A stretch of DNA of 64,000 nucleotides. Origin: Clostridiales bacterium (GTDB lineage Bacteria > Bacillota > Clostridia > Saccharofermentanales > Saccharofermentanaceae). Below, piece after piece: positions 50,793 to 60,929 of this stretch. The position numbers and the translations under genes are program-made. The DNA is taken from the NCBI GenBank assembly GCA_017513085.1, contig JAFWDK010000003.1, positions 1 to 64,000 of the forward strand. Direction: 5' to 3'. The notes below the pieces were generated by a model. The model ran no database searches, had not been told where the DNA came from, and saw nothing but the letters and a program-made list of their open reading frames with translations. The first letter of the stretch is position 1. Every line of letters begins with the position of its first letter.

Positions 50793-50832
50793 AAAAAAGA
50801 AAGCCCGGATTCCCATGCTCCGGCCTTCTCTC
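50793..50832. terminator. Probable bidirectional terminator between convergent genes
   Basis: A-run, imperfect AGAAAGCCCGGA / TCCGGCCTTCT stem, pyrimidine tract. Confidence 0.5.
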
Positions 50833-50857
50833 TGTATCCCATCCATAAATCGATTTA

Positions 50858-51538
50858 TTAATGAATAAGTCCGTCAGAGTATGCCGCCACGCCATGGGAA
50901 TAGTTATCCAGGATTCCTTTCTCGAGCGAGAAGATCCAGAATACATTTTTCTGTTCGCGGTAAAATGCATCCGGTTCCATGCTTTGAAGGAAGGTTACAC
51001 TCCACACTTCACTATCTCCGTATGGCCCACCGGCTCCGACCCGTCCGAATTCCAGACGGTAAGATTTCCCGGGGCCGAGAGAATGTAGAACCACTACCAG
51101 ATCTCTCTTCTGAAAAAAAGCTTCATCTAAGCCGCTCAAAAACTCTTTGATGGATAGATCCTCGCTGTTATTCTCAATGAATTCCATATTCTGATCCAAA
51201 AGCAGAAGGAAAGCATCTCTTTGTTCGATGTTCCGCACGGTAAAGGCCGGAAAACTCCAAACAAGATCTGCCCCCAGATCGCCGTAATTCTCTGCTTTAC
51301 GGTATATCTTCTGCAGTCCCTCACCAGAGGTTTTACCACCCGATGCAGTTCTATACATGACTTCATCTTGATTCTCGTCTACTCTCGTGAACAGATCGGG
51401 ATCGCTTGTTACAGGCCGGGAATTATCTTTCTTCTGAAAAAGCACTCCAACTTTCCACGCAATCAGAATTACGGTAGTGATGACTAACACTACCGTAACA
51501 ATAGTGAGAAGCATTAGTTGAGTCTTTTTGTGCCGCAT
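50858..51538 (-). CDS. Hypothetical N-terminally anchored protein
   Basis: 226 aa with a basic N-terminus and one TM helix; no motif recognised with confidence. Confidence 0.65.
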   Translation of the reverse strand: MRHKKTQLMLLTIVTVVLVITTVILIAWKVGVLFQKKDNSRPVTSDPDLFTRVDENQDEVMYRTASGGKTSGEGLQKIYRKAENYGDLGADLVWSFPAFTVRNIEQRDAFLLLLDQNMEFIENNSEDLSIKEFLSGLDEAFFQKRDLVVVLHSLGPGKSYRLEFGRVGAGGPYGDSEVWSVTFLQSMEPDAFYREQKNVFWIFSLEKGILDNYSHGVAAYSDGLIH

Positions 51539-51591
51539 AAATCACAAACCCGGTTTCCAAATCTATTACAAATATAATAGTGCAACTGAGT

Positions 51592-53145
51592 TTATCCGAC
51601 AAGTTTCCCGCTCTCGATATGGATCACTTCATCACAGCATAAAGCTAAGAGCTCAGGATCGTGAGTACTGACCAATATCGTGCTTCCTGACTTAGCCAGT
51701 TTTTTAAGCATATCTCCGACTTGCTTCATATGAGCATAATCAAGACCGGATGTCGGTTCGTCGAAAAGGAGGATCTTCGCCCCGGCTGCCATTGCCGAAG
51801 CAATGGCCACTCTTTGCTTCTGTCCACCGGAAAGTGCCATCGGATGCTTATCTTTAAAAGGGAGAAGTCCCAGCCTATCCAGGATCTCGTCACAACGCTT
51901 CTCATCGTCTTCTTCCATCGAGAGCATCACTTCCGCTTTCACACTATCCGTAAAAAGCTGATGATTCACATCCTGCATGACCATATAGGTTATTTTCAAA
52001 CGTTCCTTGCCGGCATACTGCTTCCCGTCAACCTCAATCTTACCTGGGCAGCGCTTCTCAAGCCCGCAAACGCAACGCAAAAACGTGGATTTTCCTGTTC
52101 CGTTCCTGCCGATCACACCGACTACTTTTCCGGCAGGAAGAATGAGATTCGGAATACATAATTGCAGACCGTCACACTCGCCGGTTATTCCATTCTGTAT
52201 ACATTTCCGAAGGCGTCTGCCGCTGTGTTTTTTATCGTAAGAAAAGCAAAACTCGGAAAGTATCACTTTCTCCCCTATGTCAGATGCTTGAGTCAGATTT
52301 CCATTACGCTTCGGTTTCTCCCTCGCAGGCATCTGTTTTGAAGTGATCTGACCCTTTTCATCTGTAAACGCATCGATGTATTTCTCTTCCAGCGAAATCG
52401 GGCGAAGCTTCAGTTCCGCCACTTCCGATTCAGAAAGAGTACGGAATTCTTCACCGCGCCACTCCTTCTTTACTGCTCCGTCAGAAAGATAAAGGACCCG
52501 GTCGATCAGGTCTTTCACATACCAGAGTCGGTGCTCCGAGATGATGATCGTCTTTCCTTCTTCTTTCCACCTGCGGATCGAATCCCGAAGATCGGAGATT
52601 GCATTCCAGTCAAGATTCGAAGATGGTTCATCAAGAAGAATGATTCCCGGAAGCAGTGCCGACACTGAGGCACAGGCGATCTTCTGCTTCTCCCCTCCTG
52701 AAAGCTCGAAAAGCGAGCGGTTCAGAAGTTTTTCGATTTTCATCTCCGAGACGGCCAAGTTTTTTCTCTTCACAATTTCCTTAGGAGAAAGTCCGATATT
52801 CTCCGGACCAAAAACGATCTCTCCATCCGTATCTACAGAGAAGAATTGGGATCTTGGATTCTGAAAGACCGTGCCCACTACTCCGGCCAGTTTATAAAGT
52901 TCCGTCTCCCGAATATTGTTTTCCGCCACGATCACATTCCCCGTCAGATCCCCGGAATAATAATGGGGGATCAGGCCATTGATCAGTCGTAGGATCGTCG
53001 TCTTTCCACATCCTGAAGCCCCGCAGAGCAGCACTGTTTCTCCTTTAGTAAAAGAGAGAGAAACATCTGAAAGAAGCCCCTCCGTGCTCCCTTTATATTT
53101 GAAAGAGACATGATCGATCTTAATGATAGATTCTTGATTTTCCAT
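51592..53145 (-). CDS. ECF transporter fused double ATPase (A-A')
   Basis: Two Walker A motifs (GASGCGKTT, GRNGTGKST); 'VFQNPRSQFF', 'LSGGEKQK', 'HPMALSGGQKQR'. Confidence 0.9.
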   Translation of the reverse strand: MENQESIIKIDHVSFKYKGSTEGLLSDVSLSFTKGETVLLCGASGCGKTTILRLINGLIPHYYSGDLTGNVIVAENNIRETELYKLAGVVGTVFQNPRSQFFSVDTDGEIVFGPENIGLSPKEIVKRKNLAVSEMKIEKLLNRSLFELSGGEKQKIACASVSALLPGIILLDEPSSNLDWNAISDLRDSIRRWKEEGKTIIISEHRLWYVKDLIDRVLYLSDGAVKKEWRGEEFRTLSESEVAELKLRPISLEEKYIDAFTDEKGQITSKQMPAREKPKRNGNLTQASDIGEKVILSEFCFSYDKKHSGRRLRKCIQNGITGECDGLQLCIPNLILPAGKVVGVIGRNGTGKSTFLRCVCGLEKRCPGKIEVDGKQYAGKERLKITYMVMQDVNHQLFTDSVKAEVMLSMEEDDEKRCDEILDRLGLLPFKDKHPMALSGGQKQRVAIASAMAAGAKILLFDEPTSGLDYAHMKQVGDMLKKLAKSGSTILVSTHDPELLALCCDEVIHIESGKLVG

Positions 53146-53186
53146 TTATTTTCTGTCCATACGCGGATACATATTCAAACATCCGC

Positions 53187-53888
53187 TCATCTGAAATATT
53201 TACAGTATACAAAGACCCCGAGCACTGCAGTAAATACCAGCATCAGAAGAATGTCCGCGGCATGAAGTTTCAGTTCTACAACACTGGTTCTTTTCACATT
53301 GCCGTCAAGGCCGCGCGTGATCGCTGCAGCCGAGAGCTCATCTCCGATATTGACACAAGAGAATAGCAGCGGGATCATGCGATATTCTACCATCTTCAGT
53401 ACATTTCCACTTCCGAAAGTGATTCCTCTCATCTTCATGGCGTCTCTGATCGATCCGTATTCTTCTTTGATCGTCGGAAAGAAACGCATCACGACAGCAA
53501 GAGAAATAGCAATTCCGTTAGGAATATGGAGTTTTTGCATCGCAGACATAAACTCATCGATCTTCGTAGTCCTCACACAGTACCAGGCGGTGATCATGGA
53601 CGGCATGAACTGCACGACGATTCCGCAGTAGCCGATCAGGATAGCGGTGATTATTCCTGAAGACTCCTCAGAAAGAAAGAAAAAAGTCAATACAAGCGCC
53701 ACGCCATAGAAGATCAGGAACCGTATTGCACTCGCATATTTCTTTTCTATAAAAAGAAGCGTGATCGGCACCAACGTCATAAAAATGCGAACGCCCCATA
53801 GAAATGGCGTCGTGGCCGTCATGAGGACGACCATCGACACCACCAGGATCATATATAGCTTTGTTCGGGGGTCCAGTGCAACATGCAT
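53187..53888 (-). CDS. ECF transporter T component
   Basis: Start MHVALDPRTK at 53888; 'RFFPTI', 'MKMRG', 'AITRG'. Confidence 0.88.
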   Translation of the reverse strand: MHVALDPRTKLYMILVVSMVVLMTATTPFLWGVRIFMTLVPITLLFIEKKYASAIRFLIFYGVALVLTFFFLSEESSGIITAILIGYCGIVVQFMPSMITAWYCVRTTKIDEFMSAMQKLHIPNGIAISLAVVMRFFPTIKEEYGSIRDAMKMRGITFGSGNVLKMVEYRMIPLLFSCVNIGDELSAAAITRGLDGNVKRTSVVELKLHAADILLMLVFTAVLGVFVYCKYFR

Positions 53889-54478
53889 CAGACAATACCC
53901 GCCTTTTCGAAATGCTTCTTTACTACTTTCTTGCCGATCACTGCGCCGATACAACCGAATACGAAGCAAAGGATCAGAAGAACCGCAATCGTCTTTTCAT
54001 TGATAGCCCGGAAAAGATCGTCACAATATTCCGCAGAGTAACCTCCGTCAAGAAGATCCTTTCTGTATGAGTCGGCAGTCACAATGACCGGGAAATAATT
54101 CGCACAGATCCACAGACAGAACACACCATAGCTTATGATCGTTTTCTTAAAACTCTTATATTTTCCGGACTTGGCAATCAAATCTGCGACTACACCGGCA
54201 CAAACAATGAGCGGAGCACCGAGATATCCCATGCCCAGGACAAACATGAGGATCGCAATAAGCACTGACATGATCGTGATCATGCCGAACTTTTCGACTT
54301 TCGTGTAAAAGAGCATCATCGGGATCGCGCCTACCAGCGGGATCATGATGACATACGATGCCACAATATACGGGTGAATGTATCCGAGCATACCGCACAA
54401 GAACTCCACCACGATCAGGATCGCCGTAAAAATACCAACTGTTATAAAGTCTTTTGCTTTCAACTTATTACTGTTCAT
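53888..54478 (-). CDS. MptD-family ECF S component
   Basis: 'KLKAKDFITVGIFTA' N-terminus and 'KKHFEKAGIV' C-terminus; about 6 TMs; followed by the T and A genes. Confidence 0.85.
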   Translation of the reverse strand: MNSNKLKAKDFITVGIFTAILIVVEFLCGMLGYIHPYIVASYVIMIPLVGAIPMMLFYTKVEKFGMITIMSVLIAILMFVLGMGYLGAPLIVCAGVVADLIAKSGKYKSFKKTIISYGVFCLWICANYFPVIVTADSYRKDLLDGGYSAEYCDDLFRAINEKTIAVLLILCFVFGCIGAVIGKKVVKKHFEKAGIV

Positions 54479-54499
54479 ATAAACCCTCTACCTTCATTA

Positions 54500-54546
54500 G
54501 TTATCATTAGCTAACTTGCGATCGCTAACAGTTAGCTTTTGCTAAC
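54500..54546. promoter_or_regulatory. Tandem GTTAG-N6-CTAAC boxes upstream of the S component
   Basis: GTTAT-CATTAG-CTAAC (54500-54515), a half-site GCTAAC at 54524-54529, and GTTAG-CTTTTG-CTAAC (54531-54546). Confidence 0.7.
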
Positions 54547-54634
54547 CAATAATAAAATATAAGTAGAGAAAAATCCAGTAGTAATTGAACACTTTTTTAG
54601 ATTTGTTCAGTAAAATCGTCATATTTCACGAAAA

Positions 54635-56371
54635 TCATGTTCCGGATTGCAGTGTTACCATACGTGCATACATACCGTTTTCCGAAAGTAATTCATCATG
54701 ACTTCCCCGCTCTATGATATTTCCATCAGATACGACCAGTATCTGATCCGCATCTTTAATCGTCTTCAGGCGATGCGCAATGACCAGAAGCGTCTTATTC
54801 CGGCACAGTTCCGATATTGCTTCCTGAATCGCCCTTTCATTGTCAGCATCTACACTGGCCGTTGCCTCATCCAGAATAACGATCGGTGCATCTTTTAATA
54901 TACATCTGGCGATAGAGATACGCTGCTTCTCACCACCGGAAAGAGACGCTCCGCCCTCTCCGATCACAGTATCAAAGCCATCCGGAAGTGCCATGATGAA
55001 ATCGTAGCAGCGTGCTTTTCGGGCAGCTTCGTAAACTTCCTCTTTCGAAGCATCCGGGCGGGCCATCGCAATATTGTTATAGATCGTATCCTGGAAGAGA
55101 TACACACGCTGGAATACCATACTGATGTGATCCATCAGATCTCCCATCGGCACCTTCCTGATATCTTTCCCGTTCACCATGATCCTTCCTTCTCCGATAT
55201 CCCAGAACCGTGCAAGAAGCGAAGCGATCGTTGATTTGCCTCCTCCGGACGGGCCGACCAGAGCGCACATTTCGCCGTTTTTTACCTTGAAGGAGACATG
55301 CTTAAGTACATCTTTCTCAGTATATCCGAAAGTGACATCATCATATTCGATTGCCGCCACACTTCCATTTTCCGCGGATGCCTCCGAGAGCGTCTCTTTT
55401 CCGGTATCCGGCATTTCTTTTTCCGCAAAAAGCGCTTCGATGCGGTCCAGACTGGCAGAAGTAACTGTGAGACGTGCCATCTGGGAATAATAACTTTTGA
55501 CCGCACTGAAAAGGTCAAAGAGAAATAGTGCCATGCCGACCATATACACATTCGAGATCATTCCATTATGAAAAAGATAAGCACATGCAATAAGCACAAG
55601 CGAAGTACCGATTCCATATGTAAGATGCAGAGCTCTTGACCAGGGAGTGTAATCCACTTCAAATGCGATGCTCTCCTGACAGTTTTTCTCAAACTCATCC
55701 GTTAGTTTCTTTGAGTTTTCTCCCAGAAGATTATAGGTCTTAATGATTCCCATTCCTTCTGCAAAATCCAGCACTTCGTTGGTCAATGATTCGCTATACT
55801 CCTGCTTCTTGCGGGAATGCTCCATAGTATGACGGAGCATAAGATTTCCGACTACAAAGAAAACCAGCACGACAAGCAGAGACAAAAGCCCCAGCCGTAT
55901 GTCCATATAGAACATCATGAGGATCATCAGCGCCTGGGAAATAATGAAGGAGACCAATTCCGAAAGGACACCCATGCAGTTTTCTTCTATAAAGACCATA
56001 TCGGTGGATAAGATCGAACTGATCTTACCTATATTTCCTTCGGTGAAATACCCCATCGGTAGTTTTCTCAGATGGTCACCCAAACGGATACGCATATCCG
56101 CAAATACTTTATACCCGGCCGATGACTGAAGGATATTCGTCAGATGTTCGAATCCTGCCTGAAGGAGCACACTTGCAGCAAGAACGATACCGAAGATCAG
56201 GCAGGTCTTCTTATCCATGGTTCCTTCCATAAAATACTTGATCATCAGGAAACTCAGCATCAGCGGCATTTTCATCAGGCACCCTTTGAAAAAGGATGTT
56301 ATATAGGATGCCCGGATCGATTTTTTATACTTTCCCGTCATACGGATCAGTCGATGCATGATCTTGATCAT
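54635..56371 (-). CDS. ABC half-transporter (TMD-NBD), YbtQ/IrtB-like
   Basis: 'RLGDHLRKLPMGYF', 'GPSGGGKST', 'LSGGEKQRISIAR', 'LDEATASVD'. Confidence 0.85.
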   Translation of the reverse strand: MIKIMHRLIRMTGKYKKSIRASYITSFFKGCLMKMPLMLSFLMIKYFMEGTMDKKTCLIFGIVLAASVLLQAGFEHLTNILQSSAGYKVFADMRIRLGDHLRKLPMGYFTEGNIGKISSILSTDMVFIEENCMGVLSELVSFIISQALMILMMFYMDIRLGLLSLLVVLVFFVVGNLMLRHTMEHSRKKQEYSESLTNEVLDFAEGMGIIKTYNLLGENSKKLTDEFEKNCQESIAFEVDYTPWSRALHLTYGIGTSLVLIACAYLFHNGMISNVYMVGMALFLFDLFSAVKSYYSQMARLTVTSASLDRIEALFAEKEMPDTGKETLSEASAENGSVAAIEYDDVTFGYTEKDVLKHVSFKVKNGEMCALVGPSGGGKSTIASLLARFWDIGEGRIMVNGKDIRKVPMGDLMDHISMVFQRVYLFQDTIYNNIAMARPDASKEEVYEAARKARCYDFIMALPDGFDTVIGEGGASLSGGEKQRISIARCILKDAPIVILDEATASVDADNERAIQEAISELCRNKTLLVIAHRLKTIKDADQILVVSDGNIIERGSHDELLSENGMYARMVTLQSGT

Positions 56372-58110
56372 ACGTTCTTTTCCTCCTTGATTCTCCATGT
56401 GCTGGCGCTCACCGAGGCGTCCCACAGATTTTTATACTCAGGACATGAGAGCAGAAGCGCTTCGTGGCGATCCGACGCAATACATTCACCATCTTTCATT
56501 ACACATATCGTATCGGCGTTCCTGATCGTAGATAAACGATGAGCAATGACCAGAACCGTTTTGTTCTTCATGATCTCATCGATCGCCCGATTCATCTTTT
56601 CTTCGTTTTCCGGATCCATAAATGCCGTAGCCTCATCCAGCACGATGATCGGAGCATTTTTCAAGATCGCTCGCGCAAGTGAGATCCTCTGCCGTTCTCC
56701 TCCGGACAACTGTTTTCCTCCATCACCGGCAAGAGTCTCAATACCATTTGGAAGTCTTTCCAGAAATTCATCACACTGCGCCCGTGATGCGGCTTCAAGC
56801 ACTTCTTCCTTGGTAGCTTCCGGATTTCCGATATGGATATTCTCATATAGAGAAGTATTGAAAAGAAACTGCTCCTGAGAAACAAATGCAACCTGATCAT
56901 TCAGTGCACGGAGCGACATATCCGTAATATCCTGTCCGCCGATCGAGATATGTCCCGAAGAAAGATCGTAGTAGTGGACCAGAAGTTTTGCCAGTGTGGA
57001 TTTACCGGACCCGGATTCACCAACCAGCGCGGTGGTCGTTCCCTGTTTTAATGAAAGAGAAACACCATGTAGCACTTCTTTCTCGTCATATCCGAAGTGT
57101 ATGTCTTCAAAGATTACATCGGAATTATTCCCGGTAAAATCCGATGTTCCTTCCTTCAGCGGCGGAAATTCCATCATCTTTTCCAGAGCATCGATCTTAA
57201 AGTTCAGCTGAGGAAACTTTCCCGCGAAGTTCAGTGCTTTTAGCACGGAAGGACCCACCGCAAACGACATGCAGATGACCAGGACCAGTTTATCCAGAGC
57301 GATCACCTCGTTGATGACCAGGAGAGATCCGACAGGCAGTATCAGAAGTGCCAGACACGGCAATACACTTGCATAGATCGCCATCCACGGCCAGCAGACT
57401 TTGTACCAGGCAAGCGTAAAGTCTCTGTAGCTTCTAACGACTTCTCCGAACCGTTTATAGGAGTCGCCGTCCTTATTAAACACTTTCACGACTTCCATTC
57501 CATTGACGTATTCGATGATCGTGTTGTTCATCTTCGTCGCGGATGCATAATAGTCGTTCATTTTCGACATGCCGGCTTTCATCATCATGCTCATGGCAAT
57601 CATTCCGACTATAAGTGGTACCAGAGACAGCAATCCTAATCTCCAATCCGCGACAAACATCAAAACCAGTATCAGAACCGGTATTGCCACATTCGCAATG
57701 CCTTCCGGGATTGCATGAGCCAGCAGAAGTTCGATCTGATCGATATCATCTGTAAACACTTTCTTGATCCGTCCGGTCCCCATATCCTGGATATGGCCGA
57801 GAGGCTGTTTTTCCAGTTTTCCTTGAAGAGATACACGAAGATTTTTCAGCGTGTGATAGGCACTGTAATGCGAAAATGACAGGCCCTGCGTGTATAACAC
57901 CGCGAAGAGGATCTTACAGACAGCAACTGCCGCCACCCGGTATAAAATATAGGAAGTACTGACGGATTCCCCACGGATCAGCGGGGAAATGATCTGAAAC
58001 ACAAAAAAATACGGAAGTACATTCGCAATGATACCCAGACTCATACAGATCACGGCCCAGATCGTGTACTTCTTGTATTTCCCGATATAGGGAGCAACTT
58101 TCTTAAACAT
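56368..58110 (-). CDS. ABC half-transporter (TMD-NBD), YbtP/IrtA-like
   Basis: 'SHYSAY', 'LAHAIPE', 'EYVNGMEVVKVF', 'GESGSGKST', 'LDEATAFMDPENE'. Confidence 0.85.
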   Translation of the reverse strand: MFKKVAPYIGKYKKYTIWAVICMSLGIIANVLPYFFVFQIISPLIRGESVSTSYILYRVAAVAVCKILFAVLYTQGLSFSHYSAYHTLKNLRVSLQGKLEKQPLGHIQDMGTGRIKKVFTDDIDQIELLLAHAIPEGIANVAIPVLILVLMFVADWRLGLLSLVPLIVGMIAMSMMMKAGMSKMNDYYASATKMNNTIIEYVNGMEVVKVFNKDGDSYKRFGEVVRSYRDFTLAWYKVCWPWMAIYASVLPCLALLILPVGSLLVINEVIALDKLVLVICMSFAVGPSVLKALNFAGKFPQLNFKIDALEKMMEFPPLKEGTSDFTGNNSDVIFEDIHFGYDEKEVLHGVSLSLKQGTTTALVGESGSGKSTLAKLLVHYYDLSSGHISIGGQDITDMSLRALNDQVAFVSQEQFLFNTSLYENIHIGNPEATKEEVLEAASRAQCDEFLERLPNGIETLAGDGGKQLSGGERQRISLARAILKNAPIIVLDEATAFMDPENEEKMNRAIDEIMKNKTVLVIAHRLSTIRNADTICVMKDGECIASDRHEALLLSCPEYKNLWDASVSASTWRIKEEKNV

Positions 58111-58131
58111 AAGCTCGTCCTTTCCAAAAAG

Positions 58132-58171
58132 ATAATCCACATAGTTAGCATTTGCTAACTATGTGGATTAT
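58132..58171. promoter_or_regulatory. Perfect 19-bp inverted repeat centred on a GTTAG-N6-CTAAC box
   Basis: ATAATCCACATAGTTAGCA-TT-TGCTAACTATGTGGATTAT. Confidence 0.75.
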
Positions 58172-58198
58172 ACTCGTTTCACTATCCGATTCCACCAT

Positions 58199-59191
58199 TT
58201 ACAAATCGTTTTCTAACACTTTTCGCTCACGGTATTCTTTGGGACTCATTCCGAACCGTTCCCGGAAAGACTTGGAGAAATAACTCATATTGTTATACCC
58301 TGCACGTGTTGCGGCTTCAGAAACATTCATCCGGGTCTCGCAAAGAAGAGATGCCGCATACTCCAGCCGCATCTCCTGCACGTATGCATGCAGGGATGTA
58401 TCATACATCATCCGGAACAAACGGTTGAGCTTACTAAGACTCATGGCCAGGGACTTTGCGATATTCGGCGCGCTGTAGTCATCGTACGGGACCAGCTGGA
58501 TCTTCTCTCGGAGATGCTCGACCGAAAGACGGTCCTGAGGATCGATATATACTTCCTTTTTCACGTTTCCACTCTCTCCATTAACAATACCGAAAAGCAC
58601 CTGTGCCGTCAGTTCGATCATTTTTGTCTCCAGATAGACATCTTTAAACTCCGCATAGCGGTCGGCACTGTCGATCTCAGATAGGATCCTGAACATCTCC
58701 GGCGTAATACGTGTTTTCATTACCCGAGCAAAAACCAGCTTCTCGATCCGATCGCTCTCTCCCTTCGGAAAAAGCATATGAAGAAGTTCGGAAAAGCGCG
58801 ATGTTTTCATCTGCAGGCTACGGAACTGATAATGCCGTCCGCTGGGGTAAAACATAGAGGTGCCGATGTTATCATTCCTGTAGATACACACCTCCCCCCG
58901 TTTCATGATCACCTTCTGAAAACGTGGCGAGGCGGGATCCTCTCCCACCTGCCACTCGATATCCTGATTAAGATTGAATATGATCTGCACTTCATCCATC
59001 CCTGCATTATCACATTTCTTTGCGTCCGTATCCTTGGTAAAGGACAGATCCCAGCGGTAGTACAGGACATCATTCCTGGACTTTTCCTTCCGGATCTTCG
59101 CCGTGCCGATCTCCTCAGGAAACCCGGCCGCGCCATCCATATACTGATACAGTTCTTCCGTGCTGATCATGTTTTTTCTTTCTTTACTCAT
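58199..59191 (-). CDS. AraC-family regulator (PchR/YbtA-like)
   Basis: 'YLETKMIEL', 'SKLNRLFRMMY', 'NVSEAATRAGYNNMSYFSKSFRERFGMSPKEY'. Confidence 0.88.
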   Translation of the reverse strand: MSKERKNMISTEELYQYMDGAAGFPEEIGTAKIRKEKSRNDVLYYRWDLSFTKDTDAKKCDNAGMDEVQIIFNLNQDIEWQVGEDPASPRFQKVIMKRGEVCIYRNDNIGTSMFYPSGRHYQFRSLQMKTSRFSELLHMLFPKGESDRIEKLVFARVMKTRITPEMFRILSEIDSADRYAEFKDVYLETKMIELTAQVLFGIVNGESGNVKKEVYIDPQDRLSVEHLREKIQLVPYDDYSAPNIAKSLAMSLSKLNRLFRMMYDTSLHAYVQEMRLEYAASLLCETRMNVSEAATRAGYNNMSYFSKSFRERFGMSPKEYRERKVLENDL

Positions 59192-60927
59192 TACTCCATC
59201 TTCCAGTTCTGTGAAAGCATCTGCTGCTCTGTCATATGACGGTAGAGACTGTCTTTTCCCATCAATTCCGAAGGGGTTCCTTCTTCTGCGACGACACCGT
59301 CCTTCAGCACAACGATATGATCCGCATTAGCGATCGTACGCATACGGTGGGCGATAATCATTACGGTCTTATTCCTGATCAGGCGGGAAAGCGCTTCCTG
59401 GATCACTGTCTCATTTTCAGCATCGAGAGAGGCTGTCGCTTCATCGAGAAGAATGATCGGTGCATCCTTCAGAAAAGCTCTTGCGATAGAGATACGCTGA
59501 CGTTCTCCTCCGGAAAGTTCACTTCCGTTTTCTCCGATCCTTGTGTTGTATCCTTCCGGAAGGAGCGATACGAACTCTTCACAGTTGGCTAATCTCGCCG
59601 CTTCCTTTACTTCATCATCAGTTGCTCCTGCCTTACCGATGCGGATATTCTCCAATACACTGTTATTGAACAGCGTGACATCCTGGAACACAATGGAATA
59701 CTTCTGCAAAAGAGTCTCCGGATCAATACCGGAAATATCCGTGCCTCCCAATGTGATCTTACCTTCCGTCGGATCCCAGAAACGGGCTGCCAGTCGGGAG
59801 ATCGTCGTTTTTCCTCCACCTGAAGGACCGATCAATGCAGTCACCTCGCCCTGCTTGGCTGTAAAGCTTACATCCTTCAGGACCGTAGTATCATCCGAAT
59901 ACTGAAAACCTACATGATCGAAAGTAATATCATATCCGGTGTTCGACAGGTGATCCGTTCCAGTCTGGATCTTATGTGAAAGCACTTCATCCAGACGTTC
60001 ACTCTGGATTCCGATGGAAATGATCGCAGCAAAATTCTGTAGTGTGATCTGCATCGGATCGTAAAGCCGCGAAACCAGCATAAGGAACATAAAGAAGGTA
60101 AGTATCGATATACTTCCATCAGCAAACAGAGCTCCTCCAACCAAAGCCGTCGTTCCGATACCGAGTTTCAGGATAATGGCTGCGGAATTGACATATACGG
60201 CCATTTTCAGTTCAGTGAAAAGAGCCATTTTTTCCACTTTCCGGATCTTGTTCTCCAGGCCGTCCATATATTTTCCCTCCGCATTATTCGCGCGCAGGTC
60301 ACGGATCGATTCCAGGCACTCCTGGATCCCATCTGCCATATCCATTTTGATCGCTGTATTTTTCCGAATAGCTCTTTTTTCTGCACCGGAGCAACTGAGC
60401 ACGATCAGAAACGCTATCGGGATCACCCAGAAACTGGCAAGTGCCATACGCCAATCGAAGAAGAAGAAGAGACTGATTCCGACCAGACTTGTAGAAATGA
60501 GTGCGCCGATCAGTTCAGGGATCCAGTGACTGGAAGCTGTTTCGATCGATGCACAGTCTCCCATGATATTGGTGGTAAGATCCGCAATATTCTTCTTCCC
60601 GAAATACGATAGCGGCAATTTACGGAGCTTCTCGGCAAGAGCCGTTCTTCGTACTCCGCTTTCCCGATATGTAGATAAGAATGTGGCATTATACTGAAGA
60701 TAATTCGTAAAAGCAATCAGCGCGAGAATAACAGCGCTGGCTATTAAATAGATCCCCAGACGGTCACGGGAAAGATTATCTTCCAGAAGATCCTTAATAA
60801 GCATATAAAGCACACCCGAAGGCATCATCAGGCAGATATTGGTCAGCGCACAGAAAAAACATGCTTTCACCATATCTTTAGCGCCTTGTTCTGAAAGCGC
60901 ATATTTATGCATAAGTTTCTTTATCAT
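59191..60927 (-). CDS. ABC half-transporter (TMD-NBD)
   Basis: 'LAEKLRKLPLSYFG', 'SHWIPE', 'GPSGGGKTT', 'LSGGERQRISIAR'. Confidence 0.85.
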   Translation of the reverse strand: MIKKLMHKYALSEQGAKDMVKACFFCALTNICLMMPSGVLYMLIKDLLEDNLSRDRLGIYLIASAVILALIAFTNYLQYNATFLSTYRESGVRRTALAEKLRKLPLSYFGKKNIADLTTNIMGDCASIETASSHWIPELIGALISTSLVGISLFFFFDWRMALASFWVIPIAFLIVLSCSGAEKRAIRKNTAIKMDMADGIQECLESIRDLRANNAEGKYMDGLENKIRKVEKMALFTELKMAVYVNSAAIILKLGIGTTALVGGALFADGSISILTFFMFLMLVSRLYDPMQITLQNFAAIISIGIQSERLDEVLSHKIQTGTDHLSNTGYDITFDHVGFQYSDDTTVLKDVSFTAKQGEVTALIGPSGGGKTTISRLAARFWDPTEGKITLGGTDISGIDPETLLQKYSIVFQDVTLFNNSVLENIRIGKAGATDDEVKEAARLANCEEFVSLLPEGYNTRIGENGSELSGGERQRISIARAFLKDAPIILLDEATASLDAENETVIQEALSRLIRNKTVMIIAHRMRTIANADHIVVLKDGVVAEEGTPSELMGKDSLYRHMTEQQMLSQNWKME

Positions 60928-60929
60928 TA

